NCBI GenBank assembly: GCA_043228905.1
Contig: JBHGNT010000007.1
Span: 7,998,001-8,062,000, forward strand
Direction: 5' to 3'
Origin: Azolla caroliniana
Taxonomy: Eukaryota; Plantae; Polypodiophyta
DNA length: 64,000 nt
The notes beneath the pieces were generated by a model. The model was given only the letters and a program-made list of their open reading frames with translations, did not search any database and was not told the origin of the DNA. The position numbers were made by a program, and so were the translations under genes. This document shows positions 1-10,900 of the stretch, in pieces. Every line of letters begins with the position of its first letter. Within the stretch, counting starts at the first letter, position 1.

Positions 1-95
1 GGTTTTTTCCCTATTAGGGTTTTCCACGTAAACATCACGTGTCCTCTCTGTTGTCTGTGTAAGTGTATTAATCTCCATTTCTGTTTTGTTTTCAA
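1..95 (+). repeat. Probable 3' (U5) end of a Copia-type LTR fragment
   Basis: GGTTTTTTCC...TAGGGTTTTCCACGTAAAC is shared with the LTR-like segment at ~42441-42480. Confidence 0.4.
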
Positions 96-520
96 TTGAG
101 TTTAAGACTCGGCCTTGAGTGCACATGCACCTTTTTAGGCGCCGCCTTTATCGGGGAAGGTAAGCGCTCCTTTAACGAGACATGGCCCTGTATGTATGGT
201 CATAGTGTTGTGATCAAATTATTGGATTGGTCAATCGCTAATCTGAATGATTCAGGACCGCACGAGTCCTTCACTAATAAGTCTTCGCACACCCACATCT
301 TGCAAACTCCCTTTGACCATTCAATTATAAGAACTAGGTTTTCGGAGTCGGGGTCTTCATAGTCCAATCTCAATATTCGGTCATAACCAAAGGGTCGGTC
401 CTTGGATAACGGCCCTTGACCTTTTTACGAGACATTATGAGTACATCCTTCTTATTTGAGTCGACATACTACATGGCCCACTCGTGTTCAATTATGTCTC
501 TATTGGCCAAGGCTTCCCCT

Positions 521-1035
521 TGTAAAGAATCAGGTATGATTCTTGTGTAGCGGAAGAGATATGTGTTATGTGTATGTGTGAGAGGAAAGAGGAGAGGAGA
601 GAAACACAAGATGGATAAGAGACAAAATGAAGTACTCAAGAAGAAGGAGATGTATATTAACAAGGAGAATATGATAAATGAAAATGTAGCATTACAAGGA
701 GTCACAACCGACTTAGTATGAAGTATGAGGAGGGTGCTTTATATAGAGTCACCCTCTCTCTTCATTAACTTACAACAACCAGTCTCTCTCTTGGGGAATG
801 TGAAGACTCATAGTCACGGGGAATATGTAACTTGTTAGTTATGTGTCATAGAATATGATTCTATGACACATAGTTAATGTGTAGAGAGTAGTGGTGTGAC
901 TCGTGACCTTTGAGTAATCGTAGATTCTCAAAAGGTGTGTTCACACGTTATGCTATGTTGAGTTTGATTGTAAACACCCCTCCATTAGTAGCCACCATCT
1001 TTTCTTGACTCACTTTGTCAGATGGCTGCCTAACA
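521..1035 (-). repeat. LTR-like remnant (Copia-type), reverse orientation
   Basis: TG...CA termini (tgtaaag...cctaaca); on the minus strand a TATA (ctatataaag), CT-rich R region and TTCCGC motif; no TSD found. Confidence 0.4.
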
Positions 1036-1078
1036 AGGTCATCTTCAAATATAATTTCTTCCATTTCTGCTTTAACGT

Positions 1079-1708
1079 TGTCGTGAAGAAAACCGTCCAC
1101 AAGCGGAATCGGTGCACAGGAGCGTAGGAACCGGCTCTTCTCGAATGTTGTCCATAGAAGATCCTAGGCAGGTAGATTTAGTGGGTAGGAAGTAAATGGG
1201 AAAACGGCTCCTTCCTTGCCTATAAAAAGGAGGGAGACGAGAAGGGGGAGGGGATCGCGGAGAGTCGAGGAGGAAGTGTTGTCGGTTTACGTGCGAAGGC
1301 TTCTCTCTCTCTCTCTAGTTCGCAAACTCCATAGCTTCCTTCTGCGCAGGTTTCGGGAGGCTCGCGCTGCTCTGAGGAATGCCCGAGTGCTTCCGGTAGC
1401 ACCTCCAACCTGCTCCTGTCTTTCTGTGCGTTTACGAACATGCATCGGCATCTGTTCGCCGGCCTGTTCGGTTGTAACCGACTTCGTGTTTTGTTGCTTC
1501 CGTGTTCTTGTTGTTGTCCTTGTTAATACACACATACATTCGTGTCTCTCTGTGTCGTTGTCCCACTCGCGTCTTTGTGTCGAAGGGCCGTGTCCCTGTG
1601 AATCTACGTTTGCACGTAGTGGGTCTCTTGTCCTTTCTCTCTTGCTCTTCGGTACAGGACCCCTGAGGTCCCACCTCATTCCACGCATCCGCGAGGAAAA
1701 CCTCGACA
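1079..1708 (+). repeat. 5' LTR of outer Gypsy element
   Basis: Direct repeat of 17255-17884 with about 9 substitutions by eye; TATA cctataaaa at ~1219. Confidence 0.97.
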
Positions 1709-1711
1709 TCT

Positions 1712-1729
1712 TGGTGAACCCGACGTGAA
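1712..1729 (+). promoter_or_regulatory. Primer binding site complementary to tRNA-Trp 3' end
   Basis: TGGTGAACCCGACGTGAA 3 nt after the LTR; complement of plant cytosolic tRNA-Trp ...UUCACGUCGGGUUCACCA as recalled. Confidence 0.85.
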
Positions 1730-3870
1730 GGAGGCGGCAGAAGAGCAGAAGATGAAGGGGTCGGATCCTGCAGAGGCCATGGCTTCGGCCGTGGATCGGA
1801 TATTGAGTGCACGTGAGGGCACCGACGCCCTCGACAGAGCCATTGAGGCGGTCGTCGGTACGATCGGCCGGTTCAGCGGAAAGGATGCCACGAAGTATTT
1901 GGCGTCCTACGGAGCAGAAATGTTGATGCGGGACATTCCGGAAGAGAGGCGTCTTGCCGGGTTTCCTCGAGTGGCGATGCCGAGCATCCATGCGGAGGTG
2001 CTCGAGGTGCGGGCGGAGAGCCGTACCTGGGAGGAGTTCAAAGGCCGACTCCTAGAAAAGTACGGGCTGGACGACGCGCTCCGGCTTTCGAAACGGGACT
2101 TCATGGAATGGGTGGAGTCCCCCGGTAAGGGAAGAAACGCGTCGGCACTCCTCCGGGAGTTCGAAGAACGCTTTGCACGCCTTTCGGCGCTTGACCGAAC
2201 CGTTCTGGATACGAGCCGGGTCCTATTGTTCATCAAGTCGGTGGACGAGCAGGACAGAGATCAAGTCGGCTCCTTGCTGGAAACCGAAGACGGGCTGACA
2301 ACCGACTGGGCTGCGGTTAAGAGAGTCTATGGCCGTTTCGACAAATGGCGAGAATGGGCTGACAACGGGGCGGCCGGTGCGGGCTCTGTCACAGCAAGGA
2401 GGCTTGAACCGGCACTGCAAGTGCGAAGGGAAGAAACCCGGGAATGGCCCGAAACCGGTCCGGCTTCGACCGGCATGGTCAATAGCTCGTCCGGAGGAGC
2501 AGTGCTGGAGGAATTGACGCGGGCGATAAAGGATCTCCAGATCGCCCAGACTCGAAGGGAAGGCGGCGAACCGGCTCGTGACCGACGGCCGGCAGCGGGG
2601 AACAGGTGCATGTGGTGCAACGAGGTCGGCCACATTCGGAAGGACTGCGGCGATTTCGCAGAGGCGTTGAGGAACCGGGTGGTGTACCTGTGGGAAGGCC
2701 GGGTGCACGCCGGCGACACCATGAGGGCCCTGAACCGAAACGACGGGCAAGGAGGTATGAAGAGACTGATGGAAGAGGCAACGGCCCGACACGTAGAGGC
2801 CATCCACTACTCGGCGTCGGCCGGAATTCGGGTCGGGGGTAGCGAGGCCCGAACAGAGGGCAAAGACTGATTCTGGTCGGCAATGCTGGAAGGTCTTGCC
2901 GGCGCACGGCTAAGGAAAGACGAAACGGACCCCGCTGAGAGACGGGTCCGGGAAATAACCAGGTGGAGCGATCCGGTCCAAGAGAAGACGGGCTTTGTAG
3001 AAGCCGCCTGCCGGAACTACGAGGCTCTGGTAGAAGACAAACGAGTGGGGAAAGCCGAAGCGGTCGGGCCCTCACAACGGTACGAGACCCGATTCGGGCA
3101 ACGAGGAACGATGCCGGCGGGTCCAGCTCGCAAGATAACCCCAGGAAGGGCGGATACCGACTGGGGACGGAGATAGAAAGGACTACGGACCTACGAAAGG
3201 TCCTAGAAGAACGGATCCTCGACAGCAAAGTGGAGCTGTCATTGCGAGAGGTGTTAGGGATCGCCAAGAAGGAGTTCCACGACTCCATTGTAGACCTGGT
3301 GACACGGAAGAGGCTGTCGACGGAGACGGAACCGGAAAGACCGGTGGAGGTGCGGACGATGCACATCGACGACATGGCGCTGGAAGATGAGTGGGCGGAG
3401 AGCCACTATTCAAGGCCGCACTGGGCCCGCGCAACCACGGAGACCCCGGTGAAGATCGGAGATGTTCAGGAGCCGGTGGTGGCATTGGTGGACCACGGTT
3501 CGGAAATAAACCTGATGTCAATGGACTTCTATAAGAAGGGAAAGTGGTCGATCAACACCAAGCACGGGTGGAAGATACGGGCGGCGACGCGCGCCATCGA
3601 GGAACTGCATGGGGCCTGCCCGAACGCAAGATCGGCGGCGTCAAGATTGACCAGCACTTCTTCGTATAGGAGACGTCCTCGCACCCGGTCATATTAGGGG
3701 AACCGTACATCACGGCGGCGTGAATGGAGACCAAGGTGCTGGACAACGGTTCGGCCTACGCGAGGGTCAAAAGCCAGGACGGGCGCCATTCAGTTCAATT
3801 ACTGACGGTGCGGCCGAACCACGAGAGAAACCCCGAATCCCTCGGTGGCGGGAACCGGGAGGATTTTTAG
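1725..3870 (+). pseudogene. gag (zinc knuckle) + aspartic protease of outer Gypsy, with stops and frameshifts
   Basis: CMWCNEVGHIRKDC knuckle; protease ALVDHGSEIN; broken across ORFs 1725-2870, 2883-3176, 2963-3697; protease frame ends at TAG 3868-3870. Confidence 0.88.
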
Positions 3871-3904
3871 AGAGGGCTGCCAAGGCGTGGGGCCGAGACA
3901 GCCC
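3861..3904 (+). promoter_or_regulatory. Putative -1 ribosomal frameshift signal (G GAT TTT plus hairpin)
   Basis: GGATTTT directly before TAG; pol continues in the -1 frame; GGGCTG(3874-79)/CAGCCC(3899-3904) stem 6 nt downstream. Confidence 0.65.
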
Positions 3905-4449
3905 GGACACTCGGGAAAGACCCCACGACTGTACGATAGAACCGAAACCGAAGGAACCTTGTACGATAAGTAGGAAATTCTGCTTCTCCAACAACGGAGG
4001 GTGCATGATAGTCGGCATCGTCGGCCGAGAAAAGACAAGGGCGGAAGTGCGACTTCGAGCGTGCGGAGTTCTCGGCCCGGACGAGGAAATCAGCGGAGCC
4101 GTGGAGGCGGTCTCCTTCGACGACACCTTGGGAATGCTGGGGGAGGTAGCTGGAGAAGACCTTAATGAAGACCGGACGATTCCGGTATGTTCCGAACAGA
4201 TGTACAAAGTCATCGCAAACTTCAGTCGGGGGCTCGGGTCGGATCGGATGGCCCGGGTTAGCACGAAGTACAAGACTGTGGACCGGAAGGTAAGGCCCGT
4301 CGCGGCACCCTTACCGGAGGGCAGCGAGTCCCGAATCAGAGGGGTTGCATCGGACCCCAGTTTACGAGATCCGGCCTGCATAGGACACACCTTCACCGAC
4401 GGGACGCTCTAGGAGCTCAAGATCGGTGGGGGCGGGTTCCTACTACCGG
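3861..4449 (+). pseudogene. N-terminal part of outer pol, before the nested insertion
   Basis: KYKTVDRKVRPV pre-RT motif; reads GFLLP|AEENRFRRML across the insertion; stop at 4410-4412. Confidence 0.8.
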
Positions 4450-4868
4450 TGTTATTCTCTGACCGGACAAGGCCTAACACAAGGTGTCACGGAGACACTT
4501 CACCAAAGGGTGATTACGGCATAGGATTAAGATTCAACGATTACACCGACTTACGTAGGTTACACGATTAGAGTGCTTTGGTTAATTACACGCGTAAGAT
4601 ATAACAGTAAGTACAGAACGGAAATCAACACAGAAGTATAAACACCATACGCTCTATTAATTATCCGCTGCGATTACAATGGGGTCCGGGCCTTTAAATA
4701 GGTTTCCGGCCCGTAGTACAAAACGGTGCCTATCGCACCTATTCGGGATCCGTCCGGATCTGGAACGGCATACCGTTTCCAGTCCGTCCGTCCACACTAT
4801 GCTTATTTACAACCATACTTAATTAATTCCTTCACTCCGTATTTTGGACTCCTTGCCGGCCGGTAACA
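4450..4868 (-). repeat. 3' LTR of nested element
   Basis: No difference found by eye versus 13845-14263; minus-strand TATA-like cctatttaaagg. Confidence 0.96.
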
Positions 4869-4870
4869 CA

Positions 4871-4887
4871 TGGCACGCCTGTGGGAC
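4871..4887 (+). promoter_or_regulatory. PBS-like (tRNA-Arg-like) motif at the expected PPT position
   Basis: TGGCACGCCTGTGGGAC 2 nt from the LTR edge; resembles tRNA-Arg PBS TGGCACGCCCAGTGGGAC with one indel; no purine tract on the element sense strand. Confidence 0.6.
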
Positions 4888-4920
4888 AGTACCTTGTACG
4901 TCGAACCCTTCTCGGCCCCT

Positions 4921-7890
4921 TCATTGTTCACCCAACTTGTCCAAAATACTTTGTTCCAGAGTTTCCAATTGTTCTTCCGGTTGTGGTTGTTGCGACTGTG
5001 CTTGCTGCTGCTGTTGTGGTTGCGGTTGGGGCTGAGACTGCTCCGGCTGCTCTATAGGCGGCTGCTCCGTTTGTTTCTCTGACTCCGGCATCCCCGTTTG
5101 ACTGCTTCCGGTCCGGTCTCCTTCCAGTAACGGTTCCTCATCACTGAGGTTGACCGTTACTGGTTCTCGTGCTTTCTCTTCCCGGATCCGGGACCTCTCG
5201 TAGCTTTCAAACTGGATCTGCGCCTCCAGCCTGTCGTCGTCCAGCTGAGCTACAAGTTGCCGGACTTGCCCTAGTTGGTCCTCTGCCAAGGCTTGAAAGT
5301 CTTTGGCCAGCTCATCTCTTATGCCGGTGAAGTCTTCGGAAGTCAGCATATAGCAATCATCTCCCTCCTTCCGCCGGTTCTCTACGTCGGCCCGGAGCAA
5401 TTGGAGTTCCGCCGCGTTCGTGGCCCACTTGGTCCACCATTTGACGGAACCGTTGTCAATCAAGCTCTTGGTCTGGTTCAACCAGGCCCGCATGATATCC
5501 TGGATGCGACTTGCTCCCATTTGCGCTCTACTTTCCACAACTTGTCGTTCCTCCTTCAACTGCTTGATGAGATTAGCCGTATCCTCCGCCTGCTCTCTGT
5601 AGCGCGTCAGCTGCCCTTGATATGTTGTTTGCAGCCTCTGCAATACCTCCGCCGCTCTTTCTTTTTCCGCCTGCTGTTGCCTGAGGAGCTCTGTCCGAAC
5701 CTTCTCCGCCTCTTCCAACCGTCTTCTGGTTTCCGCTTGTTCCTTAGCGTATGCCGTTGCGGTCCGATCAACTGCTTGCCGGAGCTCATATGTCCGTTCC
5801 TTGTGCTCCGTTTGCAACCGTTTATACTCCCAGTGCAAGTGCTCAAATTCCTCCGTTTTTTGTTTGAGCTTGCCGTTGATCTGGCGATGGTTCCGGTCCT
5901 CCCGGTCCTTTAGCTGCCGGAGTTCCTCTTTCAGGCGCTCTACTTCTGTTTCGGCGTTTCTCCAGAGCCTGTCCTTCTCTTGCAACATTTTCTCCTTCTC
6001 CTCCTTGAGCCGGTCGTACGCTTGGTGGCCTTTTCGTAAGCTCTCCTCGGCCCAGCGTAGATTCTCAGCAGTCTTTTTGAGTTCTGCCTCCGCTGCCGTC
6101 TTCAACTCTCTTTCGCGGCTCCTCAGCGCTTCTTGGGCAGCTAGCTCATCCTTTAAGTCCGCAAGCTCTTGGGCTTGTGCCGCATTTCTCTCCGGAACGG
6201 TTTCCGTTGCCGGGGTCTGATTGCTATGTACAGGTTGATCTGACGCTTTATTCTGTACATTGCCCGGAGTCACCGGTGCTTGGACTTGTGTTGTCAAAGC
6301 CAATTGAGCCATTTCCCTTGTGACCCTGTCCAAGTCTTGTTCAAGGCTCCGGATTCTGGACCGGGCCGTCTCTAGATCTACGGTTGTGACGAGCAACCGT
6401 TCGTGGTGCGCTCTCTCCTCCGCCTCTATGTACTCGACCGCTCCGGCGATTTGCTCGCCTACCCACCGTAGCCACATGCTACTGGTGCCTTGCTGCTGTA
6501 CTGGTTGGGTCGGCTCGTTCACTGTGGAATTGTCTGGCCTGAGTGCCTGTATCTGCCGTTCTGGTTCTACTCCTTGGCCGCCGTGTGTGCTGGCTGGGCT
6601 CGCCGGCTGTTGGGTTCCAGTTCTCGCCGTCTCCAGAGCCGTTGGAATGACTTCTTGTATAGAAGTCGACAAGGCCGGTTCTATACGCACCGGTTCCGGT
6701 TCCTCCCTTGCGGTTTGCTCAGGTTGAGTTGAGGGCGTTTCTTCCTTTTGCGGGTCCGAACACTCCCCCGCTGTCCCGGCGGTCCTACTTCTTGACCGTC
6801 GTTGGAGGTGCTCTACTGGCTCCTCCGTTTCCTCTTCCTGGGTAACGGCATGTATCTGTGCCGTCAAGGGTTCCGGTTCCTTCTGTCCCGGTCGCCGTAT
6901 GGTTATCTTAACGGGTGGGACCGGTGACACCTCCTCCGGTTCTGGGAGCCGTTTCTTCCCTTTCATCGCCTTCGACGCCAGCAGCTGCTGTCGTTTGGAC
7001 GCCGGCTTCGAGGTGCTTCCTTCCGATAATCTTGGCCGCTTCTTTGGCTGAACGGTCTCGACCGGCGGCACGAGCAATGTTATCCACTGAGCTATGGCAT
7101 GCCACAGCTTCCGGCCCTCCTTGCCGTCCTTTCCTCGTACCATGTCGATTGCCGCGCACAAACCGTCTGCAATCAACACCGGCCAGTCCACCCTGATCCC
7201 TTCATAGGTGGCTATGATCATCCCTGCCCGATTTTTTGGCATGACAGGGGGTCGGGGGTACACGTGGCCGTACTCATGGAGCACTCGAGCCATCTCCCTG
7301 AATAGCAGATCTTCGCCGCCCTGCGTTCGATAGCCTTTGCCGGCTACAGAGTACTCACCGAAATGTCGGATGAGTTGCTCCGAGGTTGGGTTATCAATCT
7401 GAAAAATACCTCCCTCCGGAAGGCCTGTTAGCGCACGGATCGCTTCCTCGGTGATGACTTCTGTGTCGAGCTCCTTGATGACCCAGTCGGCTTCTTTGTG
7501 CGGTGGTGCCTCCATGATGGTCAGGAACCCATCCAGTCCGTGTTGCCTGAGCCATTTCCTGGCCGCTTCCGACAGCGTTTGTGGTTCCATGTCTGCTTCG
7601 AGGTCGAGGAAAGATGGCGAGGTAGAGTGGTGATGAGAGTGAGAGCGAGAGAGAGAGCGTTCCGAACGTGAGGGTTCTCTGAGTGCAGGTTCGCGTTTGC
7701 TAAGCTTCCACTGCCTTGGTGCTTCTGTGCTTCTTGGCTCGCGAAAAAAAAAGGTCTCCATGCGTTCTTCTTTTTCTCTGTGCGTCTTGGCGCCTTTTTC
7801 GAGCATGCGCACGTCGTGTACCAATTTAGTATTAAGTAATGTGGCGGCTCTTAAATGCCCACTACGTACCTTTTCGCTCCTTGCTTTCAC
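4921..7890 (-). CDS. Intact accessory ORF of nested retrotransposon: N-terminal globular domain, Pro/Glu-rich linker, long coiled coil, Gln-rich tail (likely ATG at 7590)
   Basis: 989-aa open frame between integrase and 3' LTR, same sense as pol; ITEEAIRALTGLP...VDWP resembles plant retrotransposon accessory proteins. Confidence 0.75.
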   Translation of the reverse strand: MKARSEKVRSGHLRAATLLNTKLVHDVRMLEKGAKTHREKEERMETFFFREPRSTEAPRQWKLSKREPALREPSRSERSLSRSHSHHHSTSPSFLDLEADMEPQTLSEAARKWLRQHGLDGFLTIMEAPPHKEADWVIKELDTEVITEEAIRALTGLPEGGIFQIDNPTSEQLIRHFGEYSVAGKGYRTQGGEDLLFREMARVLHEYGHVYPRPPVMPKNRAGMIIATYEGIRVDWPVLIADGLCAAIDMVRGKDGKEGRKLWHAIAQWITLLVPPVETVQPKKRPRLSEGSTSKPASKRQQLLASKAMKGKKRLPEPEEVSPVPPVKITIRRPGQKEPEPLTAQIHAVTQEEETEEPVEHLQRRSRSRTAGTAGECSDPQKEETPSTQPEQTAREEPEPVRIEPALSTSIQEVIPTALETARTGTQQPASPASTHGGQGVEPERQIQALRPDNSTVNEPTQPVQQQGTSSMWLRWVGEQIAGAVEYIEAEERAHHERLLVTTVDLETARSRIRSLEQDLDRVTREMAQLALTTQVQAPVTPGNVQNKASDQPVHSNQTPATETVPERNAAQAQELADLKDELAAQEALRSRERELKTAAEAELKKTAENLRWAEESLRKGHQAYDRLKEEKEKMLQEKDRLWRNAETEVERLKEELRQLKDREDRNHRQINGKLKQKTEEFEHLHWEYKRLQTEHKERTYELRQAVDRTATAYAKEQAETRRRLEEAEKVRTELLRQQQAEKERAAEVLQRLQTTYQGQLTRYREQAEDTANLIKQLKEERQVVESRAQMGASRIQDIMRAWLNQTKSLIDNGSVKWWTKWATNAAELQLLRADVENRRKEGDDCYMLTSEDFTGIRDELAKDFQALAEDQLGQVRQLVAQLDDDRLEAQIQFESYERSRIREEKAREPVTVNLSDEEPLLEGDRTGSSQTGMPESEKQTEQPPIEQPEQSQPQPQPQQQQQAQSQQPQPEEQLETLEQSILDKLGEQ

Positions 7891-7976
7891 GTCCGTTCAT
7901 ACCTCGATTTTTAATGATTTTTTTTTTAATTTTTTAATTTTTTTTTCTTTTCTCTTTTTAATGACGGTATGTGATC

Positions 7977-10900
7977 TTACACATCCGTAGGTCCCTTTGG
8001 ACCCTTACCGTTTTCCTTACGGGTTGCCGTGTCTTCCTTCGCCTCTGCTACGGGTTCCCCGTCGTCTTTTTCTTCCATCCGTACCGTTCCCGGTATAGTG
8101 CCGGTGGGCTGCATAAACGGGTTACTTGGCATCGGTCCTTTATAGGGCTTTAGTCTAAATCCGTTGACCCACTTGCCTAGCACTTCACCGGCAAGTGTCC
8201 CTAACTGATAGGACCCGTTGTATTCCCGTGTCAGCCAATACGGGCATGTCCATCTAAACCGGAGTTTACCCGGCATCTTGCCCATCCTCATTTGGAATAC
8301 TAGCATCGGCTTTCCGATTTCGAACATCTTCTCATTACCTTTCCGGTGACGGTCAACGAATGCTTTCCGTCGTCGTTGCTCCAGTTCCATGTGTAGGATG
8401 TTGGCCAGCCGTTGCTCCTCCAATTCGCATAGTGCTGCTAGCCGCATTTCCTCCGACTCCTTTTCATTCAGTCGTTCCCGTAGTTGGATCCGTAAGCTTG
8501 GTACCTGAAATTCCACCGGCATGACCGCCTCTAAGCCGAACGCTAACCGGAACGGCGTTGTCCGGATACTTGTTTTGTATGCCGTTCGGTACGCCCATAG
8601 CGCGCTATGGAGCTTTGTATCCCAGTCCGTTCGGTTTTCATTGACGATTTTGCGGAGAATGTTCTGGAGCGTTTTGTTGGTTGACTCTGCTAACCCGTTC
8701 GCTTGTGGGTAGTACGGTGTGCTCCGTTTATGGACCACGGCATAGAACGTTGTTAAGCTTTCAACTACCTGGCCGAGGAAGTGCCCTCCTTGGTCGCTGA
8801 TTAATTCAATCGGACATCCATATCGGCACCAAATGTTCTCGTACAGGAATTTTGCTGTGGATGACGCGATGTTGTCTCTCAAGGCCTTAGCCTCCACCCA
8901 TTTAGTGCAATAATCTGTTGCCACGATGACATAACGATTACCCGTTCTCATTGCCGGTGGCTTGAACGGTCCGACAAAATCCAACCCCCACTTCTGGAAT
9001 GGCTCTAGTGGAAGTACCGGTTGGTGTGGCATCCGTGCTTGCTCCGTAGGCTGGCCCATTCATTGGCATAGGTCACATTCCTTAGCGTACTTGACGGCGT
9101 CTTTTAACGTCGTGGGCCACCATAAGCTGCTCTGCCATACTTTCCTTGTCGTCGCTTCCCCGGCATAGTGTCCTCCGGCAACCCCACAGTGTGCTTCTCG
9201 TAAGATGACTTGTTTCTCGTCACTACGGACTGCCCGTCTCCATATTCCATCCGCTCCCTTGTGGTAGAGAGTGTCCCGTAACAGACAGAAATTGCGGCTC
9301 TGCACTGCCAGTCGTTTCCTCTCGTCCCGGTTCATTTCCTCCGGTGGCAGGCCTGTGCTTAGGAACTGGTGCATGTTTGTCAGCCACCTATCTTCTGATG
9401 CCACCGTGTCGTCCGCTGCCGTTTCCGGGGTGATACGGAATAACTCTGCGTCCGGGAATTCATCCGATACTCCGTTGCCTGATTCTCCGGACTCTAACCG
9501 GCTCAGGTAGTCTGCTACGGCATGCTGGATACCGGGCCGGTGGAAGATCTCGAATTCAAACTCCTGCAACAGCAAGGTCCAACGGGCCAACTTACCGGTC
9601 AGGGACGCCTTGGACACTAAGTACAGGAGCGCCGAGTGATCCACATGAAAGGAGAACTTCCTTCCCAATAGGTAATGACGAAACTTTGTGACACTTTAGA
9701 TCCGTCGTCGAATAGTTCTTCTCCGCTTGGGACAGCTTCCGGCTGGCGTAATATACCGGCCGGTACCATTTTGGCTCCGTCAGTTGCATTAAGGCGCTGC
9801 CGATAGCGATGTCGGAAGCGTCAACGAACACATGAAATTCCTTGCTCCAATCTGGAGGCTGCACGACGGGTGCTTGCGACAAAAGTACCTTCAGGGCATT
9901 CTATGCCTTATCCTCTGTATCCGTCCATTGGAACGGTGTCCGATGTACCGCGGTGTGTAATGGTGTAGCCAAGTCAGCCAAGTGACGGAGCATCCGGCTG
10001 TGCCACCGGATCTGTCCTAAGAATCGGCTTAGTGCTTTGGCCGTTTTCGGCGCCGGTGCCCCTAGTATCGCGTTTACTTTGTCCGGGTCGACCGCAATGC
10101 CCTCCTTACTTACAATGTGTCCCAGTAAGATTCCACTTGAAACCCCAAAGATGCATTTTGCTGGGTTTAAGCTTAGTCGGTATAACCTACACTTTTCAAG
10201 GCATAACCGTAGGTGCTGCAAATGGTCTTTTCCCCGGCTATAGACTGCAAAATCATCCAGGAAAACCTGCATGAAGGCAGGAATGTATTCGCCGAAGATC
10301 TCCATGATGATTTGCTGGAACGTTGCTGGTGCCGTTTTTAGGCCGAACATCATTACTTCGGCCACAAACACCCCCCATTCGGTGACGAACGCTGTCTTCT
10401 CCTGGTCGTCAGGGTGCATCCGGATTTGATTGTATCCGCTGAACCCGTCTAAAAAACTATAAACTTCATGGCCGGCGACGGCATCCAGTACTCCATCCGT
10501 GAACGGAAGAGGGAATGCATCCGTAATTGTGGCTGCATTTAGTTTCCTGTAATCTACACACACGCGGATTTTACCGTTCTTCTTTGGGACGACGACGATG
10601 GGGCTCAGCCACATCGCTTTCTTTACCGGCCGGATGAAGCCCACTCTTAGGAGTTTGTCGATTTCCTCCTTCACTTTGGCGGCGTAGTTGGGGTTCATTC
10701 GGTAACGTCTTTGTGCCACTGGTTTCGCGTCCTTGCCTAAGTGGATCTGATGCTGATATAATTGAGGGTCCAACCCTTGCATGTCTTCGTATGACCATGC
10801 GAATACGTCGCGAAACTCCGTGAGAAGTTTGATCATCGCCGCTTTATCTTCCGGCTTCATTTCTTTGGCGATGTGTACCGGCTTTGATTCGTCCTTGCTT

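Noticed and set aside
1216-1991. ORFs within the outer LTRs (also 17396-17958 and 61570-62221)
   Set aside because: Incidental frames in GC-rich LTR sequence; no protein motifs and not kept intact between copies.
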